DNA from: an uncultured delta proteobacterium
GTDB lineage: Bacteria; Myxococcota; Myxococcia; Myxococcales; Myxococcaceae
Length of the DNA: 64,000 nt
Reading direction: 5' to 3'
NCBI GenBank assembly: GCA_963796055.1
Contig: CAWCKH010000004.1
Span: 3,424,001 to 3,488,000 of the forward strand
Under the pieces are notes generated by a model. The model had not been told where the DNA came from and made no database searches. It saw only the letters and a list, made by a program, of their open reading frames with translations. Below are positions 8,668 to 19,938 of the stretch, one piece after another (position 1 is the first letter of the stretch; each line of letters opens with the position of its first letter). The position numbers and the translations under genes were made by a program.

Positions 8668-9507
8668 CTAGCGCTGGAGGAACCCGAGCGGCAGCGAGTC
8701 GCTGATCAGCAGCTCGTAGGGTGCCAGTGCGGCGAACACGTCGGCCGTGCCGTCGCACGCGTCGTGAAATCCGAACAGGACCCAGCCGCCGCCTGACGTC
8801 CCGGCGCGCTGCACGGCAGCCACCCCTGAGCTGGGGTTCTTGCGGCACCCCGCCCTGAAGACCGCGTTGCCCACCGCGACCTGGGTGACACCCCCCTCGG
8901 GAGCCGGGTCGACGGACGCGAGCAGGACCTGGTCGCCGCTGGAGATCTCGAGGGCGTCGTCGGATGGATCGTCCGTCCCCGCCGTGTCGACCGCGACCAC
9001 CCAGGCGACTTGCTTGACTCCCGCACTGGTGGCCCTCCCGTTCCCCACCAGGATGTCCTCCTCGCCGTAGGCGATCACGAGGTGGGTGGGGTCCGTCGGC
9101 ACGACGGTCATGGTCGCGATCCCCACCACGACCATCGGTCGGCCGCCGTAGGACGCTCCGGTGAAGTCCATCACGAAGGTCGCGCCCTGGGGCGTCCAGC
9201 TGCCGGTGACCACCACCGTCCCGCGCTCGTCGGGCCCCAGCATCTGCGGGCAGCCCGGACCGAGGCTGACCTCGACACGGATGTCGGGTCCGGATCGGCT
9301 GGGCGTGACGACCCGGGCGCACGGGGACGGGCGACCGTCCAGCGCCGCCATGGAGACCGCCGCGAAGTACGCCGCCGGCACCGCTGCGCCGAGAATGGTC
9401 TCGAGCGGACGGACGATCTCCGCGGGGTCCGGCTTCACACAGCCCACGGCGGAAGCCAGCAGGGTGATCATCCAACCGGCCCGGACCGTCGCGCGCGAGC
9501 GCCTCAT
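8668..9507 (-). CDS. Putative lipoprotein
   Basis: 279 aa, LLASAVGC lipobox, beta-rich body. Confidence 0.8.
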   Translation of the reverse strand: MRRSRATVRAGWMITLLASAVGCVKPDPAEIVRPLETILGAAVPAAYFAAVSMAALDGRPSPCARVVTPSRSGPDIRVEVSLGPGCPQMLGPDERGTVVVTGSWTPQGATFVMDFTGASYGGRPMVVVGIATMTVVPTDPTHLVIAYGEEDILVGNGRATSAGVKQVAWVVAVDTAGTDDPSDDALEISSGDQVLLASVDPAPEGGVTQVAVGNAVFRAGCRKNPSSGVAAVQRAGTSGGGWVLFGFHDACDGTADVFAALAPYELLISDSLPLGFLQR

Positions 9508-9520
9508 CGTGCCCGCGGCG

Positions 9521-10099
9521 CTACTGCGGCCCGGGAGGCTGTCGCCTCGCGGGGCCCGGCGACACCTGCGCCGTCGCGGTGTGCGCGGCCCTCGGCGACG
9601 GCACCTCGTCCAGCCGCGCGCCCCTCGGGCTCACCATCGCGCTCCAGCTGAGGGTGATCTTCCCGGTCAGGTCGGTCACCGTCGCGCCGTAGTGCCGCTC
9701 CCCGCTGCCGTAGGTGCGCAGGTAGAGGAAGTCGTTCCGCCCCCGGAGCTGGTCCTCGTCGTAGTCCGGCGACGAGCGCCCGTAGCTCACGAGGTTCGGC
9801 CCCGCGTCACGCTTGCTCCGCCTCAGCACCAGGGAGGCGAACGGCCTGGCCGACGGATCGTCCGGCTCGAGCGAGAAGCGCGCCGTTCGCCGGTCGTAGA
9901 CGATGAAGCAGAACTTGCCCGGGTACCGCATCCGCGGGGGCGCGGTCATCTCCGAGTTCCCCATCAGATCGTTGTCCCGCACTTCCACCCAGACCCGGTG
10001 ACACACGGTGCCCTGGGCCCACGCGGTGCTCCCCTGGAGCAGGGTCGCCAGCAACAGCAGCCACCCGCTTTGACCCACCCGACTCGTTCTCGAACCCAT
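9521..10099 (-). CDS. Secreted hypothetical protein
   Basis: From MGSRTSRV; signal peptide ending TAWA-Q. Confidence 0.65.
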   Translation of the reverse strand: MGSRTSRVGQSGWLLLLATLLQGSTAWAQGTVCHRVWVEVRDNDLMGNSEMTAPPRMRYPGKFCFIVYDRRTARFSLEPDDPSARPFASLVLRRSKRDAGPNLVSYGRSSPDYDEDQLRGRNDFLYLRTYGSGERHYGATVTDLTGKITLSWSAMVSPRGARLDEVPSPRAAHTATAQVSPGPARRQPPGPQ

Positions 10100-10395
10100 C
10101 GGAATCCCTCGCGACACTCCCTTTGGAGCGGAGGGGTTCTGCAAGAAGCAGGCAGCAGAGAAGATCACCCCGGCTGCACGGTGCGGGTGAGGCCGCTGGC
10201 GTACGGCGGGGCACGGCGTTAGCGTCCGCGGACCGTGCCGCTTCCATCGGCCAGCGCCTGCAGCACCCCGGTGACCACCCCGGTCGCGGCGCTCTGTTGC
10301 TGTTGTCGTTGAGCGGCTGACGGGCCGGGGGTGCTTCCCCGCGATGCTCTCGGCTCCCCGCTCTCGTCCCGTCCCCTCGCCGTTAGAGGACCCCG

Positions 10396-11361
<966 letters not shown>

Positions 11362-11395
11362 TGGAGTTTCACGAAGAAGCGAAGGAGCAACCGTC

Positions 11396-12247
11396 ATGGC
11401 CGAGTACGCACACCCCGAGGTCCTGGTCTCCACCGACTGGGTGAAGCAGAACCTCAAGACTCCCAACGTCCGCATCGTCGAGGTGGACGTGGACCCCAAG
11501 CTCTACGCCGCGGGACACATTCCCGGGGCGGTGGGCTGGGACTGGACCACCCAGCTGAACGATCAGGTCAAGCGGGACATCATCTCCAAGCAAGACTTCG
11601 AGAAGCTGAACTCAGAAGCAGGCATCAAAAACGCGGACACCGTCGTCATCTACGGCGACGCGAGTAACTGGTTCGCGGCCTACGGGTTCTGGCTCTACAA
11701 GATCTACGGGCACAAGGACGTGCGCCTGATGAACGGCGGACGGGCCAAGTGGCTCAACGAGGAAGGCGCGCCGCTCACCACCGACGTCGCGAAGTTCGCC
11801 CGGAGCGAGTACCGCGTTCCCTCGGTGGACACCTCGCTGCGGGCCATGGTCCAGGAGGTGCGCGCCGCCAGCGAAAAGAAGGCCCCCCTGGTGGACGTCC
11901 GCAGCCCGGACGAGTTCACCGGGAAGGTCATCGCCCCGCCGGGGATGACCGAGACCGCGCAGCGCGGCGGTCACGTTCCGGGCGCCACCAGCATCCCCTG
12001 GAGCACGGCGGTCACCAACGAGAACACCTTCAAGAGCGCCGACGAGCTCCGGGCCATCTACCTGGACCAGAAGCGGCTCGATCCCGGCAAGCCCACCATC
12101 GCCTACTGCCGCATCGGCGAGCGGAGCAGCCACACCTGGTTCGTCCTCAAGTACCTGCTCGGCTTCAAGGACGTGAAGAACTACGACGGCAGCTGGACCG
12201 AGTACGGGAACCTGATCGGCGCGCCCATCGAGAAGGGCGGCGGCTGA
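11396..12247 (+). CDS. Thiosulfate sulfurtransferase (tandem rhodanese)
   Basis: GHIPGAV, YCRIGERSSHTW, NYDGSWTEYG motifs; AAGGAG RBS. Confidence 0.95.
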   Translation: MAEYAHPEVLVSTDWVKQNLKTPNVRIVEVDVDPKLYAAGHIPGAVGWDWTTQLNDQVKRDIISKQDFEKLNSEAGIKNADTVVIYGDASNWFAAYGFWLYKIYGHKDVRLMNGGRAKWLNEEGAPLTTDVAKFARSEYRVPSVDTSLRAMVQEVRAASEKKAPLVDVRSPDEFTGKVIAPPGMTETAQRGGHVPGATSIPWSTAVTNENTFKSADELRAIYLDQKRLDPGKPTIAYCRIGERSSHTWFVLKYLLGFKDVKNYDGSWTEYGNLIGAPIEKGGG

Positions 12248-12263
12248 GCCGGACGTTTGGCCG

Positions 12264-12295
12264 ACCCCGGGTCGCTCGCGCGAGCCGACCCGGGG
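12264..12295. terminator. GC-rich hairpin between convergent genes
   Basis: ccccgggtcg...cgacccgggg inverted repeat. Confidence 0.55.
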
Positions 12296-12308
12296 CCCGT
12301 CTCCAGGC

Positions 12309-13745
12309 TCAGCTGCGGGCCAGCTGCCGGCGCGCCTGCGGGCGGATGAAGCCGTACACCCCGTTCAGCTGGTTGTAGTCCGCTGCCTCGCGGAAGGCCT
12401 CCGCCGCCTTGCTGCCGTTGCCTTTGCCCTGCCAGGCCAGCCCGGTGAGGTAGGAGACGCGCGGGTTCTGCCCGCCGGCCTTCCCCAGCTCGGCCAGGGC
12501 GGTGTCCCACTCCTTGCCCTGGACGGCGATCATCCCCGCCAGCTCGTGCGACTGCCGCACCTCGAAGGGGACCTTCTTGGCCTCCACCGCGGTGGAGTAC
12601 TTCGTCGCGGTGGCCCGGGCGCCCGCCAGGTCGCCCTTGAGGAGCGCCACCCGGGCCATGTCGAACATGTGGTTCCGGTGCGCGGCTTCCTTCACCGCCT
12701 CCGAGGCCTTGGAGCTGTCCACCAGCTTCATGCTCTCCTCGAACTTCTGCGCCGCCTCGGCAGGCTTGCCGGCCCCGAGGAGCAGGTTGCCGATGAAGTT
12801 CACGTCCTGTGACGCGGACAGGAGATCGCCGCTGGCGTCGGCGATCTTCTTCTCCTCCTCGATGCTCCGGATCGCGTCGGGCCAGCGGTCCTCGTGCATG
12901 TAGGTCTCGGCCATCCAGAACCACGCCTGACGCTTCTCTCCATCGGTCCGCGCCTTGCCCAGCATCTGCTTCAGCGTGACGCGCGCCTCGTCGCCCTTGC
13001 CGAGGTAGATCTGATCGTTGGCGATGCCCACGTACGCGCTGAGGAAGAACGGGTCCACCTGGAGCGCCTTCCGGTAGCGCCCGATCGACTCGTCGAATCG
13101 CCCCATCCGCATCAGGAGCTCGGCGTAGGAGTCGTGCGGGTTCGGATCATCGGGGAGGAGCTCGGCGTATTTCTGGAAGGTCTTCTCCGCCTCGGCGAGC
13201 TTGCCCTGGGCGCGGTAGGCGTAGCCGAGCTGGTTGTAGGGGAGGGTGAACTTGGGGTCGATCTCCACCGCCCGGGACAGCTCGCGGATCGCGGTGTCGA
13301 AGTCCTGCCGGCCGAAGGCGATGATGCCGATCTGGTTGTGGATCCGGGGATCCGAAGGGAACTGCTTCGCCAGCTCGGCCAGCAGCGCATCTTGCTCCGC
13401 CGGACGGGACTTGGCGCCCGCCTCGGCCGCGCGGATGAACTTCTGCTCGGCGAGGGTGGCGTGGCTGGCGGTGGCCATGGCCTTGTCCAGCCCGGCGAAG
13501 AAGTCCTTGGCCGTCCCGGCCGTCTGGGCCCACTGGAGCCAGGCCAGCGCGAACTGAGGGTCCTTCTTCACCGCCTGGTCGGTCCGGAGGTGGCCCTCGG
13601 TTCCCTTGAGGCGCTCCACGAGGTCACGTCCCTCGACGTACAGCGCGCGAGCCTCGGGGGACGAGGTGGTGATGGGGACGGTGGCCGGATCGGCTGCGAA
13701 GGCCAGCGCCGGCACCAGGAGCAACGGGGGAAGCAGACGTCGCAT
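12309..13745 (-). CDS. Secreted tetratricopeptide repeat protein
   Basis: Signal peptide MRRLLPPLLLVPALAFA; several TPR motifs (YNQLGYAY, PHDSYAELL). Confidence 0.9.
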   Translation of the reverse strand: MRRLLPPLLLVPALAFAADPATVPITTSSPEARALYVEGRDLVERLKGTEGHLRTDQAVKKDPQFALAWLQWAQTAGTAKDFFAGLDKAMATASHATLAEQKFIRAAEAGAKSRPAEQDALLAELAKQFPSDPRIHNQIGIIAFGRQDFDTAIRELSRAVEIDPKFTLPYNQLGYAYRAQGKLAEAEKTFQKYAELLPDDPNPHDSYAELLMRMGRFDESIGRYRKALQVDPFFLSAYVGIANDQIYLGKGDEARVTLKQMLGKARTDGEKRQAWFWMAETYMHEDRWPDAIRSIEEEKKIADASGDLLSASQDVNFIGNLLLGAGKPAEAAQKFEESMKLVDSSKASEAVKEAAHRNHMFDMARVALLKGDLAGARATATKYSTAVEAKKVPFEVRQSHELAGMIAVQGKEWDTALAELGKAGGQNPRVSYLTGLAWQGKGNGSKAAEAFREAADYNQLNGVYGFIRPQARRQLARS

Positions 13746-13908
13746 CGGAAATCTCCCGCGGCATGCACGGCCGCGACGACGGGAATGCGCCCTTGTACGC
13801 CACCGTCCCGGATGCCATGGCGGAGCGCCGCTGCACCGTCTGGACCGTTCACTGGACTCGCCCGGTGCCCTCGCCGCTCGCTGCACCCGCCAGGCCGCTC
13901 GCCGCGAA

Positions 13909-16209
13909 TCAGATCGGGAGCCGGACCTCGAAGGTCGCGCCGCTCCCGCGCTCGCTCGCCGCGGACACACTACCGCCCAGCAGCTCCACCACGCTGCGGC
14001 TGATGTAGAGGCCGAGCCCCAGACCGCCGTAGTGGCGCTCGGACACCGCGCGCTCGTAGCGCCCGAAGATGGCGTCGAGCTTGGCCGGCTCGATCCCGAT
14101 GCCCTGGTCCGACACGGTCAGCACCGCCCAGCCCGGCTCCGACCACAGCCGCACCTGGATCGGCTTGGCGTTTCCGTACTTGATGGCGTTGTCCACCAGG
14201 TTGGTCACCACCTGGTCGATGCGGAGCCGGTCGGAGTGCGTCGGGAGACTCTCCGGAGCCTCGAGCGTCAGCCGCGAGCCGGCGCGCTGTGCCTGTGGCT
14301 CGAAGCGGGTGACCACCTCGCGAACCACCGCCGCCAGGTCCACCGGCTCCCGCTCGACGGTGAAGCGCCCGGCCGCGATGCGGGAGACGTCCAGCAGGTC
14401 CGAGACCAGGCTCGACAGACGGGTGACCTGGCGGCGGGTGGCGTCGGTGTACTCCAGCACTCGCCGGGCGAAGGGCGCCTCGGACTGGGTGCGCGCCTCG
14501 CGGGCGAGCATCTCCAGCTTCAGCGCCAGCGGGGTGAGCGGCGTCCGGAGCTCGTGGCTCGCCACCGAGAGGAAGGTGTCGCGGGCGGCGAGCGCATCCC
14601 GGAGTGCGGCGGCCTGGCGCCGGTGCTCGTCCACGTTGGTGTTCACCCCGAACCACCGGACGATCCGGCCCTCCGAGTCCCGGAGTGGCTGCACCCGGGT
14701 GAGGAACCAGCGGAAGACGCCGTCCGCCCCGCGGAGCGGGAACTCCATCTCGAAGGGTTCGCCGGTGGCGAGGCTGTGCTTCCAGCGCTCCACCACCCGG
14801 GGCAGCACCTCGGGGTCGTGCACCGCCTGCCAGCCCCAGCCCTCCACCATCTCCGGGGTCGTGCCGGTGTACTCGAACCAGCGCCGGTTGTAGTAGTCGA
14901 TGAATCCGTCGGGGCGCGCGCTCCAGGCGAGCTCGGGAATGTTCTCCACCACCGCCCGGAACTGGCGCTCGCTCTCCCGGAGCGCCACCTCCGCCCGCCG
15001 GCGGTCCTCGATGTCGATGACGCTGCCGATGTAGCCCACGAACTCGCCGGCCCCGTCGAAGCGAGGCACCGCCGAGTCGATGAACCACCGGTACTCGCCG
15101 TCCCAGCCGCGCACCCGGTACTCGGAGCGGAAAGGGACCTGCATCTCGTTGGCGGCGACGAAGTTGTTCCGGACCCGCTCCGCGTCGTCCGGATGGAGCA
15201 CGTCGAGCCACCCCAGGCCGAGCCCGGCATCCCGGGCCTGCCCGGTGTACTCGAACCACTGGCGGTTGAGGTACACGCAGGCCCCGGCGGGGTCCGTCAC
15301 CCAGAGCATCACCGGCGCGTGATCGGCCATGTTCCGGAACCGGGCCTCGCTCTCCTCGACCTTCTTCCGGGCCACCACCTGCTCGGTCACGTCCCGCCAG
15401 GCCATGGCCACACCCTCGTCGACGCGGGAGATCTGCAGGGCGAGCCAGACGCCGGCGGAGTACAGCCCCTGCTCGGACTGGTACGGGTACTCGTCCTCGA
15501 CGATGGCCTCTCCGCTCTCCCAGACCTGCCGGTACATGCCCAGGAAGCCGCTCTGCTCGGCGTTGGGGAAGACCTCGGTGATGAGCCTCCCCTCGTAGCG
15601 CTCGCGGGGCAGCCCCGCGTACCGCTGGGCGACTGCGTTCACGTACTCCACCCGGAAGTCCAGCGCCTTCCCGTCGGGGCCCAGCACCGGGGTGAGGAAA
15701 CCGAAGGCGTCGAGCATCCCCTCGACGGCGTGGCGGAAGCGACGCTCGCTCCTCCGCACCGTCTCCTCGAGCGCCCGCTCGCCGGTGATGTCCTGGGAGA
15801 GGGCGACGAAGCCGCGCACCCGGCCGTCGGGGCCGAAGTCGGGGGTGTAGGTGGCGCGCACCTGGATCGAGGGGGCACCCTCGCGCGGGACCTCCATCTC
15901 GAAGGTCACCGTGCGGCCCTCGAGCGCCGCCCGGAGGTGTGGACGGATCTGCGCGTATCCCTCCTCGCCCATCACCTCGCGGACGGTCTTGCCCTGGATC
16001 TGCATCCGGGGCCGGAGGTGGGTCTGGTGGTAGCGGTTGCTGAAGACGAAGCGCTCCTCGGTGTCCACGTAGACGAGCGCCGCGGGGACCGTGTCCAGGA
16101 TGAGCGCCAGGCGCTCCACCTCGCTGGCCGGACCGGTCACGGCGGGCACCGCCTTGGAACGCGCTGGAGGTGCATCGAGGCCCGGGCGCCCCTCGGAGAA
16201 CGGCGACAT
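13909..16209 (-). CDS. Multi-PAS sensor histidine kinase
   Basis: Four PAS/PAC units; H-box ASHELRTPL; N box NLVDNAIKY; DQGIG and GLGLGL boxes. Confidence 0.95.
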   Translation of the reverse strand: MSPFSEGRPGLDAPPARSKAVPAVTGPASEVERLALILDTVPAALVYVDTEERFVFSNRYHQTHLRPRMQIQGKTVREVMGEEGYAQIRPHLRAALEGRTVTFEMEVPREGAPSIQVRATYTPDFGPDGRVRGFVALSQDITGERALEETVRRSERRFRHAVEGMLDAFGFLTPVLGPDGKALDFRVEYVNAVAQRYAGLPRERYEGRLITEVFPNAEQSGFLGMYRQVWESGEAIVEDEYPYQSEQGLYSAGVWLALQISRVDEGVAMAWRDVTEQVVARKKVEESEARFRNMADHAPVMLWVTDPAGACVYLNRQWFEYTGQARDAGLGLGWLDVLHPDDAERVRNNFVAANEMQVPFRSEYRVRGWDGEYRWFIDSAVPRFDGAGEFVGYIGSVIDIEDRRRAEVALRESERQFRAVVENIPELAWSARPDGFIDYYNRRWFEYTGTTPEMVEGWGWQAVHDPEVLPRVVERWKHSLATGEPFEMEFPLRGADGVFRWFLTRVQPLRDSEGRIVRWFGVNTNVDEHRRQAAALRDALAARDTFLSVASHELRTPLTPLALKLEMLAREARTQSEAPFARRVLEYTDATRRQVTRLSSLVSDLLDVSRIAAGRFTVEREPVDLAAVVREVVTRFEPQAQRAGSRLTLEAPESLPTHSDRLRIDQVVTNLVDNAIKYGNAKPIQVRLWSEPGWAVLTVSDQGIGIEPAKLDAIFGRYERAVSERHYGGLGLGLYISRSVVELLGGSVSAASERGSGATFEVRLPI

Positions 16210-16306
16210 CGCGGGCAGTGTGTCAGCCCGACCCCGGACGGGAGGACGGGCGCGGAGTGATGCGGGCTGACGTTGCTCGCAACCGGACACTCAACGCGCC
16301 CTCCGA

Positions 16307-17740
16307 TCAGGAGTCGACGAGGTCGGGAAGTGTGTCCAGCTCCTCCAGCGACCGTCGCTCGGCTGAAACGCCCAGCACCGCCGCCACCGCCGCGGCGGCG
16401 AGCATCAGGGCTGCGCCCAGCGCATCTCCGGCCGCGACCCGCACCCGGCTCCCGGAGGCGATGAGCGCCCCGAAGAGCGCAGGGGCCAGCAGTCCTCCTG
16501 CCGCCGTGCCCACCGCGTAGAAGAGGGCGATGGCCAGCCCCCGCATCGCCACCGGGAAGAGCTCCGAGACCGAGAGGTAGGCGGCGCTCGCCGCCGGTGA
16601 GGCGAAGAAGAACACCGCGCACCAGAGGACGGTCTGGGTCTCCGCGGTGAGCCAGCCCCTGGCGAACGCCCACCCGGTGGCGAGCAGCAGCAGGCCCGAC
16701 GCTGCGTAGGTGAAGCCGATCATCCGCCGGCGTCCGATGGTGTCGAAGAGGTGGCCGAGCAGCAGTGGCCCGGCGAGGTTCCCCAGCGCGAACGGCAGCA
16801 GATAGAGCCCGATGCGTTCCGCCGGAACTCCGTAGAACTTTCCCAGCACCAGCCCGTAGGTGAAGAAGACCGCGTTGTAGGCGAACGCCTGCGCCACCAT
16901 CAGTGTCAGGCCCAGCAGCGCGCGGCGGCGGTGCCGGCGGAACAGGATGCGGGCGATGGTGCGGTAGTCCAGGCCCGCCCCGGGCTGGAGCTGCAGGGTG
17001 CGCTCCGGGGCGGCGAGCGGTCCGTGGCGGCCGGTGACCTCCTCCTCGACCGCCCGGACGAGGCGCTCGGCCTCCTGGCGGTGACCATGGAGCAAGAGCC
17101 ACCGCGGACTCTCGGGCACGTGGCGGCGGACGAGGAGGATGGACACCCCCAGCAGTGCGCCGAGTCCGAAGCACACCCGCCACCCGAGCCAGGGCGGAAG
17201 CACGTGCGGGTCGAGCAGCACCAGGGTGGAAAGCGCGCCCAGGGCCGTGCCCAGCCAGTAGGTGCCGTTGATTGCGAGATCTGCCCGCCCCCGGACACGC
17301 GCCGGCAACAGCTCGTCGATGGCCGAGTTGATGGCGGCGTACTCCCCACCGATGCCTGCACCGGTCAGGGCGCGGAAGAGGGCGAAGGTGACGAATCCCG
17401 TGGAGAGCGCGCTGAGCAGGGTGGCGACGAGGTAGACCGAGAGCGTCACCAGGAAGAGCCGCTTCCGGCCCACCAGGTCGGTGAGCCGGCCGAAGACCAG
17501 CGCCCCGAGGATGGCGCCTCCCAGGTACGCCGTCGCCGATTGACCGATCTGCTGCTCGGTGAGGGCGAGCGTGTCTGGCCGGACCAGCGCACCGGCCACC
17601 GCCCCCACCAGGGTGACCTCGAGGCCGTCGAGCACCCAGGTGACCCCGAGCGCGATGACCACCCGCCAGTGCCAGGCCGACCAGGGCAATCGGTCGAGCC
17701 GTGCGGGGATGTCTGTCTCGGTCAGCCTCGGGGCGTCCAT
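16307..17740 (-). CDS. MFS transporter
   Basis: GRLTDLVGRKR motif A; about 12 hydrophobic segments. Confidence 0.95.
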   Translation of the reverse strand: MDAPRLTETDIPARLDRLPWSAWHWRVVIALGVTWVLDGLEVTLVGAVAGALVRPDTLALTEQQIGQSATAYLGGAILGALVFGRLTDLVGRKRLFLVTLSVYLVATLLSALSTGFVTFALFRALTGAGIGGEYAAINSAIDELLPARVRGRADLAINGTYWLGTALGALSTLVLLDPHVLPPWLGWRVCFGLGALLGVSILLVRRHVPESPRWLLLHGHRQEAERLVRAVEEEVTGRHGPLAAPERTLQLQPGAGLDYRTIARILFRRHRRRALLGLTLMVAQAFAYNAVFFTYGLVLGKFYGVPAERIGLYLLPFALGNLAGPLLLGHLFDTIGRRRMIGFTYAASGLLLLATGWAFARGWLTAETQTVLWCAVFFFASPAASAAYLSVSELFPVAMRGLAIALFYAVGTAAGGLLAPALFGALIASGSRVRVAAGDALGAALMLAAAAVAAVLGVSAERRSLEELDTLPDLVDS

Positions 17741-17800
17741 GCCAAGCTCCAGTCTGGGTCGAACGCCCCCACTGGGACATGGAGGGGCCGGGTCCAGTGT

Positions 17801-18223
17801 TCAGGAACGGCGACGGGTGAACGCCAGCGCGGTCACCCCCAGCGCGAGGAAGGCCAGCGGAGCGCCGCCCGCCGTGCTGCAGCTCCCCTCGACGTTCCCT
17901 GTCGCGCCGCTCCCGGAAGCAGGATCCCCACCACCGTCGGGGCCGCCGCCACCGGCGTCGGGGGCCGGCGAGGGTCCCCCGTCGACTCCGGCATCCGAGG
18001 AAACGCTCGGGGCCGGGACCACGAGCATGCCGATGCTCCGGGCGGGGAGCGTGACCCAGCGGGTGAGCGCCAGCTTGGCCGCCACCACCTCGGAGTCCGA
18101 CGCGAAGTTGATCCCGTAGATCAGCGGAGAGATGGGATGGACGTCCGCGGCCGTGTCGACCGACACGGTCGCTTGCCCCAGGGCCAGGGCAGGGCATAGC
18201 GCGAGCAGGGCGATCGACCGCAC
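17801..18223 (-). pseudogene. Internally deleted GH44-like glycoside hydrolase retaining signal peptide and MYXO-CTERM-like tail
   Basis: VHPISPLIYGINF...LTRW joined directly to VTLPARSIGMLVVP, a DAG linker and a GSCS...RRRS sorting signal. Confidence 0.65.
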
Positions 18224-18400
18224 GCTCGAGATCCAACGGTCGGGCCGTGCGGCCGGGCAATGGGCGGCGGCAGAGGCCGGAGTACGCCCCTGTGGTCGCC
18301 GCGCGGCTGTTGCGCAGCGGATGCATCGCTGTCCCTCGGGGGTGAACCCCGGGCGTCCGTGCGCAGCTTGGACGCCTCGAACACCCCGGGAGGTCCGAAC

Positions 18401-18925
18401 ATGCGAAGCATCTCCTGGCTGGCTGCGGGCGCGGTCGCGCTCGCGGTCGGCTGTGCGTCCAGCAACACCGCCGGCCCATCTGGCACGGCGGACACCTCGA
18501 AGCCCGCGGCCGCCTCACACCCCGCGGTCGCCCGTGGACCTCAGCAGACGGTGAGTGGCGGGATCCAGAACTACACCACTGGGCCCAGCGGGCAGCAGAA
18601 CGGATTCGTTCTCGCCTCGGGACAGCGGGTGCACGTGCCCGAGGAGATGGGAGCCAAGGTCGCCGACCAGTTCCCGCCCAACACGGTGGTCAAGGTCACC
18701 GGGTACATGATCACCGACAGCGACGGTCGTCCGTTGCTCGAGGCGTACACCATCACTGCGCCCGACCGGAACAACGCGACGCTCGACCTCACCTCCGCCC
18801 AGGCCGCGCCTCCGTCGCCGCCGTCGTCGGTCGGTGGCTCTGGCCCCGCTGGCACCCAGCCGGTGAATCCGCCCGCAGAGGTCCAGCCGGGCACCCCGGG
18901 CAATCCGCCGCCTGGGGGACGGTAG
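18401..18925 (+). CDS. Putative lipoprotein (OB-fold-like)
   Basis: GGAGG RBS, LAVGC lipobox. Confidence 0.8.
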   Translation: MRSISWLAAGAVALAVGCASSNTAGPSGTADTSKPAAASHPAVARGPQQTVSGGIQNYTTGPSGQQNGFVLASGQRVHVPEEMGAKVADQFPPNTVVKVTGYMITDSDGRPLLEAYTITAPDRNNATLDLTSAQAAPPSPPSSVGGSGPAGTQPVNPPAEVQPGTPGNPPPGGR

Positions 18926-19067
18926 CGCCGCCCCGGGCGTCCACACCCAGGAGCAGGGCGTGGTGCTTTCTCGACCCCCGCGCAGACCTGCGCGCCCCCA
19001 CGACCGCGGAGGACATGACCCTCCGTTGCACGCACAGGCCGGCGGACCCGTACGCTGGGCATCGATC

Positions 19068-19343
19068 ATGAGGTCGCGTCCGGCTCGCCTCTTCCCTCTT
19101 CTTGCCCTGCTCGCCGCGGTGCCGGTGTCCGGCTGCTCCGAGGCCTCCGGGCAGACCCAGGGCGCCGAGCCGTGTCCGAAGACGAAGTACGACGCGATGT
19201 ACTTCGCCGTGGACCCCTCCGGGACGGTGGTGAAGTTCCCGCAGGAGGAGCTCGAGGGCTACCAGCGCCGCGGCTTCAGGCCCGCGACCCAGGAGCAGGC
19301 CCGGGCCGTGGTCCGCCGGGAGTGCCCGGCCGGCTTCCGCTGA
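19068..19343 (+). CDS. Small lipoprotein
   Basis: VSGC lipobox, typical codon bias. Confidence 0.65.
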   Translation: MRSRPARLFPLLALLAAVPVSGCSEASGQTQGAEPCPKTKYDAMYFAVDPSGTVVKFPQEELEGYQRRGFRPATQEQARAVVRRECPAGFR

Positions 19344-19514
19344 GCGGGCAGCGCCGGAAACCCCAGCGGCTGAGCCTTGGCACCTCCCCACGTGTCCACC
19401 ATCGTGCGGCGCAGGTCTCCGTCGTCCGGACCGGGGCCATTCGTCACACGAATGAGCTGCAACGAAACCCGCCCAGTGCGTCACATCGGGACAAACCTCG
19501 AAAGGAACGCCTCG

Positions 19515-19826
19515 ATGGCAGCGCAGTCCAAGGTGACCGTGGGACTCTTCGTTCGGCTGGTGGCGAAGGAGGGCAAGGAGCGGGCGGTGGAGGAGTTCCT
19601 CCGCTCGGGCATGGCGCTGGTCCAGGCCGAGCCGGGCACCTTGCAGTGGTACGCGGTGCGCTTCGACCAGCGCACGTTCGCCATCTTCGACACCTTCGGT
19701 TCGGAGGAAGGCCGGCAGGCCCACCTTTCCGGGCGCGTGGCCGCGGCGCTGATGGCGAACGCGGCGGAGCTGCTGGCCGAGCCGCCCCGGATCGAGCGGC
19801 ACGACGTCCTGGCCGCAAAGACCTGA
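19515..19826 (+). CDS. Antibiotic biosynthesis monooxygenase (putative quinol monooxygenase) family protein
   Basis: AKEGKE...EPGT...FAIFDTF..EEGRQAHL motif. Confidence 0.88.
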   Translation: MAAQSKVTVGLFVRLVAKEGKERAVEEFLRSGMALVQAEPGTLQWYAVRFDQRTFAIFDTFGSEEGRQAHLSGRVAAALMANAAELLAEPPRIERHDVLAAKT

Positions 19827-19938
19827 CACGGCTGGGTTTCCGGCAACCGCGTCGTGAGGAGCCGGCGTCGTCTTGACGGTCGCTCCCCGGTGCGCCCAGA
19901 TCGCGCGCCGGGGAGAGCACCTCGTGGAGGGTCGTCCG

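Noticed and set aside
13606..16260. 884-aa plus-strand ORF and similar long antisense ORFs (for example 32459..34231, 41961..44261)
   Set aside because: Shadow frames of recognised genes, expected at this GC content
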